A stretch of 64,000 bases of DNA from a virus (taxonomy: Duplodnaviria > Heunggongvirae > Uroviricota > Caudoviricetes). The position numbers and the translations under genes were made by a program. Numbering within the stretch: position 1 is the stretch's first letter; each line of letters starts with the position of its first letter. Below are positions 39,024 through 48,671 of the stretch, in pieces. The stretch covers positions 233,787 to 297,786 of IMG/VR virus record IMGVR_UViG_3300015214_000024; one strand, 5' to 3'. A model generated the notes under the pieces. The model was not told the origin of the DNA. It saw only the letters and a list, made by a program, of their open reading frames with translations, and made no database searches.

Positions 39024-39260
39024 GTGATTATGACAAATAAGATATATCCTTTTGAGACTACAATAACAAAAGAACAACATCCTAATTTAGCCAAGGTGAA
39101 AATCAAAGGCGACAAATGGTGCCGATACCATTGTGCTGATTTGCATTCCAGTAAGATGGTTTATGATGACCTTGATGGTACAGATTATGTCATTTTCCAA
39201 TTCCGTGAAAGTTCAGATTTAACAGCTTTCAAAATTGGGTTTGATGTTTACGATTTTTGA
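39024..39260 (+). CDS. Hypothetical protein, C-terminal-motif family
   Basis: WC...FQFRESSDLTAFKI. Confidence 0.65.
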   Translation: MIMTNKIYPFETTITKEQHPNLAKVKIKGDKWCRYHCADLHSSKMVYDDLDGTDYVIFQFRESSDLTAFKIGFDVYDF

Positions 39261-39273
39261 AAGAATGGAAAAT

Positions 39274-39930
39274 ATGAATTACGAAGAAATTTACTTATCA
39301 CTTGATATTGAAGCTGATGGACGAGTTCCAGGAATTAGCTCAATGTTGAGCTTTGGTTTGGCTGCCTATGATATGGACAAGAACTATTTGGGTTCGTTTG
39401 AACGCAATTTAGATCTCTTACCAAATGCAAAGCCCCATCCTGAAACTGAAAAGTTTTGGGAAGATAACCAAGAAGCATATGATATCACAAGAATTAATAT
39501 GGTTAAACCTTATGATGCTATGATGGATTGTAGCAAATGGATTAATGATATTAGACAAACGTTTAAGGGCAAACCAACTGTTGTTGGCTATCCAGCTACA
39601 TTTGATTATATGTTTTATAATTGGTATATGTGTGCTTTTCTTGGGAATAATGCAATGGGATTTGGTGCGCTAGATGTCAAATCCTATGCTATGGCGATGC
39701 TTAAGAAAACATTTAGAAACACTACTAAGCGGGCAATGCCTAGGGAGTGGTTTGATGCGTTTCCACACACTCACGTCGCTATTGAGGATAGTTTGGAACA
39801 AGGTGCATTGACCATCAATATGATTCGTGCCAATCTGGGACTAGAACGAATCATAGGTGTCAAAGCTCATTCTAAGGCTATCGAAGACATAAATCCTGGA
39901 ACTAAAATTCAACTTCCGGCACGCCGATAG
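39274..39930 (+). CDS. DEDDh 3'-5' exonuclease (RNase T/RNase AS-like)
   Basis: SLDIEADG, FD, HTHVAIEDS. Confidence 0.85.
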   Translation: MNYEEIYLSLDIEADGRVPGISSMLSFGLAAYDMDKNYLGSFERNLDLLPNAKPHPETEKFWEDNQEAYDITRINMVKPYDAMMDCSKWINDIRQTFKGKPTVVGYPATFDYMFYNWYMCAFLGNNAMGFGALDVKSYAMAMLKKTFRNTTKRAMPREWFDAFPHTHVAIEDSLEQGALTINMIRANLGLERIIGVKAHSKAIEDINPGTKIQLPARR

Positions 39931-40809
39931 TTTAATATTATTTTTTTCTTTATCAAGAGTGAATGTATATTTTGATTTAACTTCAATTATCATATTTTCA
40001 CTTTTGATAAAGATATCAGGGTAATATCTTCTTTTCTTCCCATCAAATTCATACCAAATTTCTGGTTTCTCTATATCAGATACGATAATATCGTTTTCTT
40101 CATATCCTTGCGATAATAACCAATCAATCATTTGCGGCTCATACCCTTGGCAATATTCTATCTTGCCGGACGGAAAGACATACTCCTTTTTCTTGTATGA
40201 ATTCTTTAACGCTTTATCTCTAAATTCTGAAACTTGACTTGGGTTAGATACACCATATCGTTCTATCATAGTATTTTGAAAGTTTTGTGTTTGGATTATA
40301 TAATCGGTGTTTTCAGCCATCTTTTTCGAAAACTCTTTAACATTCATAGGATTTTCAACATTATAGCGTTTTAAATTAGTTTGACGCTTTTTCTCCTTAA
40401 TATCTTCAGATTGGCTCGGATTCGATACCCCGTAGTTTTCTAGACACGTCTCAATTTTTCTTTTCTTGATTGCCTCAGCCTGTGATATATGTTGAACCCC
40501 GTATTCTTCTAAAATAGATTGCTTTATTTTTTCACGAATTCCGTGCGACGATAGTGCATACTCAACGCCATAACGCTCTAAACAGGTTTCCTTCATTTTT
40601 TCTTTGACGTCTTCCAATTGTGCTGGATTTTCAACTCCATATTTTTCAATACAAGTCTTTTTAGCTTTTTCTAAAGATTCTTTAGTGCGTGGTTTTTGAC
40701 GTTTTTTCTTCTGAGCCGGGCACTGACTTGGAAATTGTTCACAACGCCACCTCTTTGTTCCTTTTGAATAGAATTTAGCTTCATTACCACATCCGTTGTC
40801 ACATTTCAT
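39841..40809 (-). mobile_element. Free-standing endonuclease with (K/R)YGVEN repeats and PD-(D/E)xK domain
   Basis: CDNGCG; repeated T.LE.YGV.NP.Q units; YYPDIFI...IIEVKS. Confidence 0.8.
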
Positions 40810-40892
40810 TTTAGTGTCCTTTTATTTTATTTATGATATTCATATTGCATTTAATGATGATTTTTGTTATTTTATTTAAAAAGGAAAATCTA

Positions 40893-41312
40893 ATGACAAT
40901 AAAAGATATTTTAATCGAAATAGAATGGTTATTATTCGTAAAAAGCAATAAAAAAATATACTATGAAATACTGGTGGATGGTAATAAAATAACTACTGGT
41001 AATCCCTTCAATAAAGAATATGCTCAGGATTTTGTTGATCAAATCACACGGTTTCGTCATTCTAATAAACACATTACGTTGAAAGTTAAAAATTTAATTG
41101 CAAAAACTATCCCTAAAATTTTCGAAACCTTCAGTGAGCGAACTCCAGATCAAAATACAATGCTAAATTTAATTGACATATGCAATAATATTTTAACTGA
41201 AGATCAATTTTTAGAAATAATTGATAAAATTGATGACCTAACCTTAATATCAATTTTCAAAAAAAATATTACTAGACCAGTCGTCGTTTCAGCAATAGTG
41301 CTGAGAGAATGA
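40893..41312 (+). CDS. Hypothetical protein
   Basis: AAGGA RBS. Confidence 0.55.
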   Translation: MTIKDILIEIEWLLFVKSNKKIYYEILVDGNKITTGNPFNKEYAQDFVDQITRFRHSNKHITLKVKNLIAKTIPKIFETFSERTPDQNTMLNLIDICNNILTEDQFLEIIDKIDDLTLISIFKKNITRPVVVSAIVLRE

Positions 41313-41388
41313 CCAATGTAATTCATTAAGGGTTGACATTCCTGCGGAATCTGCTAAATTGCACACATAACGCAATTTAGGAGGTTTT

Positions 41389-41856
41389 ATGAAAGGGCAA
41401 GCTACTGTTGTTTACGATCCAGCTCGTCCTGGATTGAAGACTCGAAACACTGGATGGGCAGTTGCGAATGTGCGCGGTGGTGCAGAATTGCATCGTTACT
41501 TTCAGTATTGGCTTAACAAGGAAATGAATCCTTTGGCTATTGAAGTCCAAGGTTCTTTGAAAAAGTATCCTTTCGTTAAGCTTTGTCAGCCATCTTGGGG
41601 TACTCACATCTCCATCGTTCGTGGCGAGCGACTCCGTCCGGAAGTTCGTGGACTATGGAAGAAGTACCAAGGCAAGACTTTTGAGTTTGAATATGATCTT
41701 GATTCCCACCAGGTTTTCAGTGGTTATAATAAGGACGATGAAGGATGCTTTTTCATCACTGATATTAAGAGCGATGATTTACTTAATATCCGTGCTGAAC
41801 TTGGTCTTAAGACTGACTGGCCGCTTCATATGACTGTCGCTCGGGTTTATCGCTAA
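41389..41856 (+). CDS. 2H phosphoesterase family protein
   Basis: Two HxS/T motifs, GTHISIV and PLHMTVA; strong promoter and AGGAGG RBS. Confidence 0.7.
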   Translation: MKGQATVVYDPARPGLKTRNTGWAVANVRGGAELHRYFQYWLNKEMNPLAIEVQGSLKKYPFVKLCQPSWGTHISIVRGERLRPEVRGLWKKYQGKTFEFEYDLDSHQVFSGYNKDDEGCFFITDIKSDDLLNIRAELGLKTDWPLHMTVARVYR

Positions 41857-41912
41857 CCCGGGCGATTTTTCTTGATTTTTGAAATGTTGTATGTTATATT
41901 CTGAAAAAGAAA

Positions 41913-42104
41913 GTGGATAATATGCAAATTTCAAATAAAGTAGCTGAACTGTTGGAAAGTGGTTGGGAAATACACGAATATTATGATGTTTCGTTAACTA
42001 CAAATGGTGCAGAAGTTAAGATACCAATCGGTCTCCAACCAGGGCAAATTTGTAGAGAAATTGACGGCATCTTTTTAGTCTATGTTGGAGAAAAAGATGA
42101 CTGA
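41913..42104 (+). CDS. Hypothetical protein
   Basis: ORF after promoter. Confidence 0.5.
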   Translation: MDNMQISNKVAELLESGWEIHEYYDVSLTTNGAEVKIPIGLQPGQICREIDGIFLVYVGEKDD

Positions 42105-42354
42105 TAATGTAATTAACTTTCCCAAAAATAAAAGCACAGAGCCTATGGCTGATGTTGCTCGTGAGATGATTAAAGTTTCAATCAAAGAAGCTGGTAAATA
42201 TGGTTATAATTTAACCAAACATCCAGAAGCCTTGTTGGATTTTGAAATCATTTATAAGATGCTTGTCAGTACATTGGCTAGATCCAAAGGAATTGATCAT
42301 CCGTGGCAACCAGTTATGGATGAACTTACTGGAATAAATCAGGAAACAGACTAA
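42097..42354 (+). CDS. Hypothetical protein
   Basis: MTDNVINFP start; GGAG RBS. Confidence 0.65.
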   Translation: MTDNVINFPKNKSTEPMADVAREMIKVSIKEAGKYGYNLTKHPEALLDFEIIYKMLVSTLARSKGIDHPWQPVMDELTGINQETD

Positions 42355-42788
42355 TGACCATATTTCCACGATTGCCAGAATATGCTTCGTATATTACAAG
42401 CCCGACATTGATTGGTAGTTACGAGCTACTGCAAAGCCGAACTAATGTTCATCCCATTACAGTCAATGAAGGCCAAATGTGGAAACTTAGCTTTTTAGTA
42501 AACCCAAACACAGAACAACTTATTGTCAGGATGACTTTTAGCGACAAACCATTAGAATATCCACTTTTGGGATGGTATAAGTCGTTGCCGCCGGGAGGTA
42601 TTACGGTTTACTTATTTGATGAAAATGGCGACTTCCCGCCACCTCCTGAAATGATAATACAAAATAGAATGGCGGGCTCATCAAAAATCTCACCATTTCA
42701 AATACCAGTATCTCCTGGTCAATATTTCATTAATATGCAAAATTTGTCAAATGTTAAAACGACTTATACAATCAACATCAAAAATTGA
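42354..42788 (+). CDS. Hypothetical beta-rich protein
   Basis: TAATG coupling. Confidence 0.6.
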   Translation: MTIFPRLPEYASYITSPTLIGSYELLQSRTNVHPITVNEGQMWKLSFLVNPNTEQLIVRMTFSDKPLEYPLLGWYKSLPPGGITVYLFDENGDFPPPPEMIIQNRMAGSSKISPFQIPVSPGQYFINMQNLSNVKTTYTINIKN

Positions 42789-42999
42789 TTTAATAGAATG
42801 GGCAGGTAGTTTGCTCGCCATTATTGGCGCTCTACTGATTGCTGCAAATGTCCATCTTGAAGTATTGGCATTCTCGATTTATTTGGTTTCTAACCTTCTT
42901 TTGATTATCTTTTCGTGGCAAAAGAAACATTATGGAATATTGATTATGACTGTGGTTTTTGTTATAATCAACTTTGTAGGTATAATTAGGTGGTTTTAG
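42751..42999 (+). CDS. Small three-TM membrane protein
   Basis: Three hydrophobic helices; start uncertain. Confidence 0.6.
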   Translation: MLKRLIQSTSKIDLIEWAGSLLAIIGALLIAANVHLEVLAFSIYLVSNLLLIIFSWQKKHYGILIMTVVFVIINFVGIIRWF

Positions 43000-43000
43000 A

Positions 43001-43453
43001 ATGGTAACGATAAAGATGATTGAAATCCAAGAAAATAATTGGATGATTTCACGTAAAAATTCAATTGTAGGATTCGTCTTCAAGACGGACAAATTAAATG
43101 TTTTAAGTGATGATTATGCAGGTCAATACGCAGATTTTGACGATTTTTCTGCCAATCATAAAGTTAAATTAACATTTGAACAGATTGAGACTAAGGATCG
43201 AGTCCAGCAAGAACTTGAAGGTTTCCCAGTAAAGCATTCCAATGTGTTTAATGTTGAACACGACCCAGTATTATCTTATACTAAATTAGAGCATAGCCAG
43301 GATCGTTACGCTGCTGGATATTATGGCATTAAATTTAAAGAAACGTTTCAGCCATCGTTTTGTCCACGAATGTCAACAATTACTAGTTACGATTATGTAG
43401 GTCCTTTTAAAACTACATTAGAACTACAACACGCTATGAGGACAGGCGTATGA
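43001..43453 (+). CDS. Hypothetical phage protein
   Basis: YAAGYYGIKF...SFCPR...YDYVGPFKT. Confidence 0.7.
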   Translation: MVTIKMIEIQENNWMISRKNSIVGFVFKTDKLNVLSDDYAGQYADFDDFSANHKVKLTFEQIETKDRVQQELEGFPVKHSNVFNVEHDPVLSYTKLEHSQDRYAAGYYGIKFKETFQPSFCPRMSTITSYDYVGPFKTTLELQHAMRTGV

Positions 43454-43722
43454 ATGCAATATTGAACCAGTTTATCACGCGAGTTCAGACCGCAGCTAAA
43501 TCTAGATCCAAAAACGTTAGCTTGACTATCGATGAAGCACAATCTATTGTGGCTGAGATAACCAAGTTAGTATCAAGGGATAGTTCAATATTGGATCAAA
43601 TTAATACAATAATTAACACAAGCCAGACTGCAAGATTTGCAAAAGCTGACATTCCGACATCGGATTCAGATATAGTTATTTTAAGTGGTGGCAAATTTAC
43701 TGATGAACAAAACCAAAATTAA
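43450..43722 (+). CDS. Hypothetical protein
   Basis: ATGA overlap. Confidence 0.65.
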   Translation: MNAILNQFITRVQTAAKSRSKNVSLTIDEAQSIVAEITKLVSRDSSILDQINTIINTSQTARFAKADIPTSDSDIVILSGGKFTDEQNQN

Positions 43723-43981
43723 AAAATTTCGACATCAAAAAAGAATGAAAGAAGTTGCTAAAGAAAAAGAGCAGCGGATTTTGGATGAACGAAAAGCAAT
43801 ATTAGTTCTAAAGAGAAAAAAGAGAAAAGCTGAAACTAAAGAACGCGCTGCCAAGTTCTTTGATGACTGGTCTTCAAACTGGAAGAGTCAAAGATCACAG
43901 GAAAACTTAGCAATTCCAAGTCTAATAACTGATGAATGGGGTAAGTGTACTAAGAAAAAGTCACCTTTAGACGATTACTAA
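43703..43981 (+). CDS. Basic hypothetical protein
   Basis: Lys/Arg-rich ORF. Confidence 0.5.
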   Translation: MNKTKIKKFRHQKRMKEVAKEKEQRILDERKAILVLKRKKRKAETKERAAKFFDDWSSNWKSQRSQENLAIPSLITDEWGKCTKKKSPLDDY

Positions 43982-44079
43982 ACTTTTTTCTTGACTTATA
44001 TGTTATATACGTATATAACAAGAGTGTAGTTGATTAAGTTATCAACTACTTTTTTATCTAACAAAGATGGAGTAAAAAT

Positions 44080-44589
44080 ATGAAGAAAACATTGTTCGGT
44101 GCCGTTGCTGCACTTCTTACTGTCGCTGCTGCACCAGCTATGGCTCAGGATTTCACTGGTCCACGTATTGGCGTTGTCGGCGGTTATGATAACGTCCAGG
44201 CCCGTGAAGGCTTCACCTATGGTGTGGTTGCTGGCGTTGATGCTCCAGTTGCTAATGGCGTTATTGTTGGCGTTGAAGCAACTTTTGAAGATTCGACCAC
44301 CAATGGTGCTGGTATTGACGCTTCCCGTGAACTTGGTGTAGCTGCTCGTGCAGGCGTCGTTGTTCTTCCAAAGGTTCTTGCTTTTGGTAAGGTTGGTTAT
44401 ACCAATGCTCGCGCTGACTTCGCTGGCAGCGCTGCTTCCATTACTCTTGAAGGTCTCCGTTATGGCGGCGGACTTGAGTATGCAGTATCCAAGCACACCT
44501 ACGCAACTGTTGAATATCGTCGTTCAGAATATGAAGACGGTGTTGGCGGTCGTGACGGCGTCCTCGTTGGATTGGGTATCCGTTTCTAA
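44080..44589 (+). CDS. Outer-membrane 8-stranded beta-barrel (porin/Omp25-like)
   Basis: Signal peptide ...APAMA/QDFTGPRIG; alternating strands; C-terminal Phe; strong codon bias. Confidence 0.88.
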   Translation: MKKTLFGAVAALLTVAAAPAMAQDFTGPRIGVVGGYDNVQAREGFTYGVVAGVDAPVANGVIVGVEATFEDSTTNGAGIDASRELGVAARAGVVVLPKVLAFGKVGYTNARADFAGSAASITLEGLRYGGGLEYAVSKHTYATVEYRRSEYEDGVGGRDGVLVGLGIRF

Positions 44590-44612
44590 TCCATATCAAA
44601 ACCAAAAGATTG

Positions 44613-44640
44613 AGTGGGCCATTGTGCCCACTTTTTCTTT
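44613..44640 (+). terminator. Intrinsic terminator
   Basis: AGTGGGC-cattgt-GCCCACT followed by T-tract. Confidence 0.8.
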
Positions 44641-44657
44641 GATTACTAAATATCTTT

Positions 44658-45410
44658 ATGATACTGAATGAATTAGAATCAAAACCGGAAATAACTTTTG
44701 AATTCCATCCAGAAGCCGAACATTTAAAGGCTGGGATGGTTTGTGATCATTTGTATGCTTACGAAAATGGTAACAAAGTTGGCTATTTGAAAATTGATCG
44801 AATTGATAAAGAGTTATTCAATAAAGAGTGTCCTGATGTTTGGGCATTTATGCAAGAATACCAAGGTAAGCACCTGTTTAGCAATCCAGAAACACCTATA
44901 GCAGACAAGCCCTTCGATGAGCTTGTAAAAGCACTTCGTAGCGGTTTTATGCATCGATATACCAATTATTGGTGTAAGCAAATGAAATGGAATGAAGAGG
45001 ATTCAAAAATAATTGATTCGATTTCAAACGACTATCGCTCTTCTCCCGATGAATGGGCGAAATATAAAGATGTGGTGGTTAGATTTTTTACCGAATGGCC
45101 TAAGAAAACACAAGATGGTAGAAAAGTAGTCAAAGATATGAAAAATAAAGTTGAGTACTTTTCAAAGCCATTTGTTGCTTATATTAATACAAAAGAAAAT
45201 AAACACCAAGGTCTTGTATCTGATAATAGTAAGCGTGGTATCGGCGCTATGTTATATTTGACTGGTGCAAAATGGATCAAGGATAGGGGATTGGCCGCCG
45301 GGCTGTACGCATCATCATTACAATCAGACGACGCTAAAGCTGTTTGGAAAAAATTTGAAAGAGATGGAAGAGTAGTTCAGGATGGTGATAGGAAATACCT
45401 CAATCCTTAG
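44658..45410 (+). CDS. Putative late protein with degenerate GNAT-like C-terminus
   Basis: MILNEL start; KRGIGAMLY...SSLQSDDAKAVW; TAAATA upstream. Confidence 0.6.
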   Translation: MILNELESKPEITFEFHPEAEHLKAGMVCDHLYAYENGNKVGYLKIDRIDKELFNKECPDVWAFMQEYQGKHLFSNPETPIADKPFDELVKALRSGFMHRYTNYWCKQMKWNEEDSKIIDSISNDYRSSPDEWAKYKDVVVRFFTEWPKKTQDGRKVVKDMKNKVEYFSKPFVAYINTKENKHQGLVSDNSKRGIGAMLYLTGAKWIKDRGLAAGLYASSLQSDDAKAVWKKFERDGRVVQDGDRKYLNP

Positions 45411-45705
45411 ATTGATTCTCAAACATAATTCTAAATGCTGTCAAATCTGATTGTTCAGTAAAACCAATTATAGTCGATGCATAATCAGCTTTTTCAGCAA
45501 AGCCATTCTGTCTACCAAAATGATCTACATTGTGTATTGGCTTGGTATATCCTTTGATATTGATACTACTGGAATTACCACCAATAATTATCATTTGGCC
45601 AGTTAAATTTTCTCTACACCAACTCATAACTTCTTCGCGTTCTTTAGCGCTCAAATTAGAGAAGAAAATTGTATATAATGGATCTGTTGAACTAAAATAT
45701 TGCAT
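45400..45705 (-). CDS. Hypothetical protein, C-terminal-motif family
   Basis: WCRENL...GFTEQSDLTAFRIMF. Confidence 0.65.
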   Translation of the reverse strand: MQYFSSTDPLYTIFFSNLSAKEREEVMSWCRENLTGQMIIIGGNSSSINIKGYTKPIHNVDHFGRQNGFAEKADYASTIIGFTEQSDLTAFRIMFENQSKD

Positions 45706-45845
45706 AAATGAGTCCTTATTTGCTTCTTTCGTTTTACGCTAATAAAAAAATAAAGTCAATCAGATTTAAATTGACTAATTAGTGTAGAAATAATAGTATG
45801 ATGATACAGCAACATTTTCGTCAACAACAAACAAAGGAAAAATAA

Positions 45846-46208
45846 ATGTCTGTAGAAACATTCCTAAAAGAATGGGAACAAATTTCATCCGTTGGTACTC
45901 GTAAGGGTGGCCGTGTCTATAACAATGTCGAAGTTCGATTTGCCCGCACCGGATGGGATAATACAGTCAAGCTTCAGCTTTGCATCAGCGCGATGCCAAA
46001 GCAAGGTAACGGCACTTCACTGCTTAGGAAAGCAGTTGAAATGGCCAAGACCCACGGGGTGACCATTCGAGCAACTGCTCAGAATCTTACTCCTTGGAAG
46101 CAAGGTTCAATGAACAAGAACGATATCACCAATTGGATGAAAAAGAACGGCTTTAAGCCAATGTTCACGTGGCCAGATGGTTTTGGCGTTGAAATGGTGA
46201 CTCGATGA
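45846..46208 (+). CDS. GNAT-like protein
   Basis: KQGNGTSLLR...W.KKNGF. Confidence 0.6.
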   Translation: MSVETFLKEWEQISSVGTRKGGRVYNNVEVRFARTGWDNTVKLQLCISAMPKQGNGTSLLRKAVEMAKTHGVTIRATAQNLTPWKQGSMNKNDITNWMKKNGFKPMFTWPDGFGVEMVTR

Positions 46209-46402
46209 GCTTATATAAATTTGAGCCATCGGAAGACATAACTGTTCAAGAATTGGCATTGATTGTCAAAACTTTCTTGTTGGCGATTCATCAAGAAGGC
46301 CCAACAAAAAATCTTGAAGTTATGGAAGATTTGGTTGAATTTTTCATTTCAAAAAACCCATCAATAATCAGACACTTCCAAGAAGTGTCTGATTACGATT
46401 AA
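46205..46402 (+). CDS. Hypothetical protein
   Basis: ATGA overlap; last + strand gene before the strand switch. Confidence 0.6.
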   Translation: MSLYKFEPSEDITVQELALIVKTFLLAIHQEGPTKNLEVMEDLVEFFISKNPSIIRHFQEVSDYD

Positions 46403-47148
46403 TCAGCTAAGCACGTAACTGTTGCTACTTCTTGCCAGCCTGGGCCCATCTTGCTTAGGCTGGCAAGCTTTTTTACCATTCTAAGACTCAATTCGTTTAG
46501 GCTATCCTGATTTGTAATCATAAAAGCCATTAGATCCTGCCGATCTTCATCAGAAAGATCATCCAAAATTGGGGTTTCGTTAATAGTTTTAACAATCCAA
46601 GCCATCATTTCCGCAGGACTACGTAAACCCAAATCAATATAATGAGATCTACTAAGCAAAGCTGATAGGTGTGGCTTTAGTGATTTAGGACCATCCTTGA
46701 AGTCAATGTTAGTCAAGAAAATCACACTTCCTTGAAAGATGAATTCATTAGGGATATGTTCTCGATTCAGAACGTGGCTTTCGGAAAAATAACCAATAGA
46801 TTTGTTGTCATTTAAATCCAATGCCGCCTTCAACAAATTTAGACTGGCTTCGTTGGAGAAGACTGAATCCATATCATCAAGGATTAGCACCGCGCCCTTA
46901 TGGCGATTGGTATAGAGCTTCTTGTATAGATTAATGGGGGTCATAGTGCCTGACAGGCTGTCATATCTAACATCTGTCCCCAAAAGTGGAGCAATGGATG
47001 ACATATAATGTTGCAGCGCCTTTAGCACTGTGAAGGTCTTTCCAACTCCAGCTGGACCTGAAATAATCAATGATGGGCAATTGCTGGCCGCAACTTCGTG
47101 GACCATTCGCTCGATCACTTCAAATTTTGACATTATGCTATTAGACAT
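46399..47148 (-). CDS. AAA+ ATPase
   Basis: Walker A GPAGVGKT; Walker B VLILDD; sensor IFLTN. Confidence 0.85.
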   Translation of the reverse strand: MSNSIMSKFEVIERMVHEVAASNCPSLIISGPAGVGKTFTVLKALQHYMSSIAPLLGTDVRYDSLSGTMTPINLYKKLYTNRHKGAVLILDDMDSVFSNEASLNLLKAALDLNDNKSIGYFSESHVLNREHIPNEFIFQGSVIFLTNIDFKDGPKSLKPHLSALLSRSHYIDLGLRSPAEMMAWIVKTINETPILDDLSDEDRQDLMAFMITNQDSLNELSLRMVKKLASLSKMGPGWQEVATVTCLAD

Positions 47149-47203
47149 AAAACCTCCTTAGGTAATGTCTAATAGCACTTTTAAATTACGAAGTCAATAC
47201 CCT

Positions 47204-47383
47204 TTAGTCGAGAAGGAAATTTTGAAGATTCGATTTTAAAGCTTGACGAATGCTTCGTCTAATTTGACGATTCGCCATTCTACGCAACTCTGCTCTATCT
47301 TCTGGGTCAGCTGATTGGAAATCGATCTTTGATCTATAGTCTTTTTCAAAGTCGTGGACGTATTTCATATTAATCTGTGTCAT
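47204..47383 (-). CDS. Small basic protein
   Basis: AGGAG RBS before MTQIN; RRMANRQIRR helix. Confidence 0.6.
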   Translation of the reverse strand: MTQINMKYVHDFEKDYRSKIDFQSADPEDRAELRRMANRQIRRSIRQALKSNLQNFLLD

Positions 47384-47510
47384 TGCTGTATCTCCTAAGA
47401 AGCAGAAAGGCTCCTGTCCTGAAACAGAAGCCTTAATCTTTTTAAAACAAAGTAGCATATTCAGTTTCCTGAAAATGAAATTAGTAGATCGTTGGATCCA
47501 CTAATATTTA

Positions 47511-47999
47511 TTATAGAACTCCAAGTTCCTCCAACATTTTGATGGAATTTTTTGCACTGGTATGGTGAACAAAACGACCACCATTATCAATCCAAACTTG
47601 GCTGTGTTTTAGTAAATCATCGATCAAAATGTCACCTGGGTTGATCATATGCTTCCATTTATCTCTGGATGGGCAAACTACAATCATTTCAGTACCTGGT
47701 AATTTTTGATCCCTCCACCCTAGCTTCTGTGGCTTGGCCCAATTACCAAACGGGGCACCAGTTAGGATCGTATGATCTAAATGTCTGACAGCATTGTAAA
47801 GTTCCATAGCATCAGCCATCAGTTCTAAATTTAAGAAAAATTGATCATCATTCCTGATTTGGCGCCAAAATTCCTTAGTGCCATACTGATCTTCAAAATC
47901 TTGACCTGGCATACCAAAAATTTCCTCGGCGCGGCGGTCAAAATCTGCTAAAACTCCATCACAATCTAAAAATATGTGTACCATACTGCCTTCTTTCAT
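47511..47999 (-). CDS. HAD-family 5'(3')-deoxyribonucleotidase-like protein
   Basis: FLDCDGVLADF, ILT, K..W, ILIDD. Confidence 0.88.
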   Translation of the reverse strand: MKEGSMVHIFLDCDGVLADFDRRAEEIFGMPGQDFEDQYGTKEFWRQIRNDDQFFLNLELMADAMELYNAVRHLDHTILTGAPFGNWAKPQKLGWRDQKLPGTEMIVVCPSRDKWKHMINPGDILIDDLLKHSQVWIDNGGRFVHHTSAKNSIKMLEELGVL

Positions 48000-48061
48000 T
48001 TACTAAAATCATAATAGTGTATTACTGTGTCAATGTCAACAAACTAACTTCGTACTTACTT

Positions 48062-48586
48062 TTAAATCCTAAGGTTAGACACTATCAATTTAGTTGCTTT
48101 TTCCAAATGCTTGCGCTTAATCTTGAAAGACGTGGATTCAGTACCGCCAAACATTTGTGAATTTGCGTGAATTTCACTCCAAGCAGTGAGAAGTAGATTG
48201 ATTGCTCTTGGATCTTGTATAAGTTGTTCAAGCTCGTCTATTTTTAAAATATGGAAATCCATATCGTGTAAAATATACCAAGCTGTTTCCTCATCGCCCC
48301 CTGCCTCGATCCAAACATTATAGCTCATTTGTGCGTGATTTGGGAAATGCTGCCTGCCTTGTTCATCAACCGATCGACAGCGAGGTTTACCACAATCGTG
48401 ATAAATGTGATATAGGCGTAAGTCTTCAGGCGGCGATGCTAAGCTAATGAGCTTTTTGATTAAATCACCAACCTTACCAAAATCCCATTCGCTGGTTTGA
48501 TTATTATAAAGTTGAACGTAATACTCGTGAACCATATTTCCGTGGTCCATCATATTAACATTCTCAAACTGGTAGCAATTTTTCAT
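48062..48586 (-). CDS. HD-domain phosphohydrolase
   Basis: DHG...YHDCGKP...HFPNHA...HDMDFH. Confidence 0.8.
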   Translation of the reverse strand: MKNCYQFENVNMMDHGNMVHEYYVQLYNNQTSEWDFGKVGDLIKKLISLASPPEDLRLYHIYHDCGKPRCRSVDEQGRQHFPNHAQMSYNVWIEAGGDEETAWYILHDMDFHILKIDELEQLIQDPRAINLLLTAWSEIHANSQMFGGTESTSFKIKRKHLEKATKLIVSNLRI

Positions 48587-48671
48587 TTCTTCTTCAAGCT
48601 GTTTAAAATTCTAACACATTATTATTACTCCTTCAATTGGGTGGATGTCACCATCCACCCAGTGATTAGAT

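Noticed and set aside
355-40809. Endonucleases encoded within group I introns or inteins
   Set aside because: They are antisense and intergenic, flanking genes are uninterrupted, and no intron core is recognisable
43996-44671. Antisense and alternate-frame ORFs over the beta-barrel gene (similarly over SPFH, LemA-like and aaRS genes)
   Set aside because: Shadows of strongly biased codon usage; no RBS or motifs
47384-47458. N-terminal extension or -1 frameshift signal (TTTAAAAAG plus hairpin) before the 47383 gene
   Set aside because: The slippery heptamer is imperfect in frame, the -1 frame stops at once, and a good SD precedes the internal ATG; the hairpin may still be regulatory
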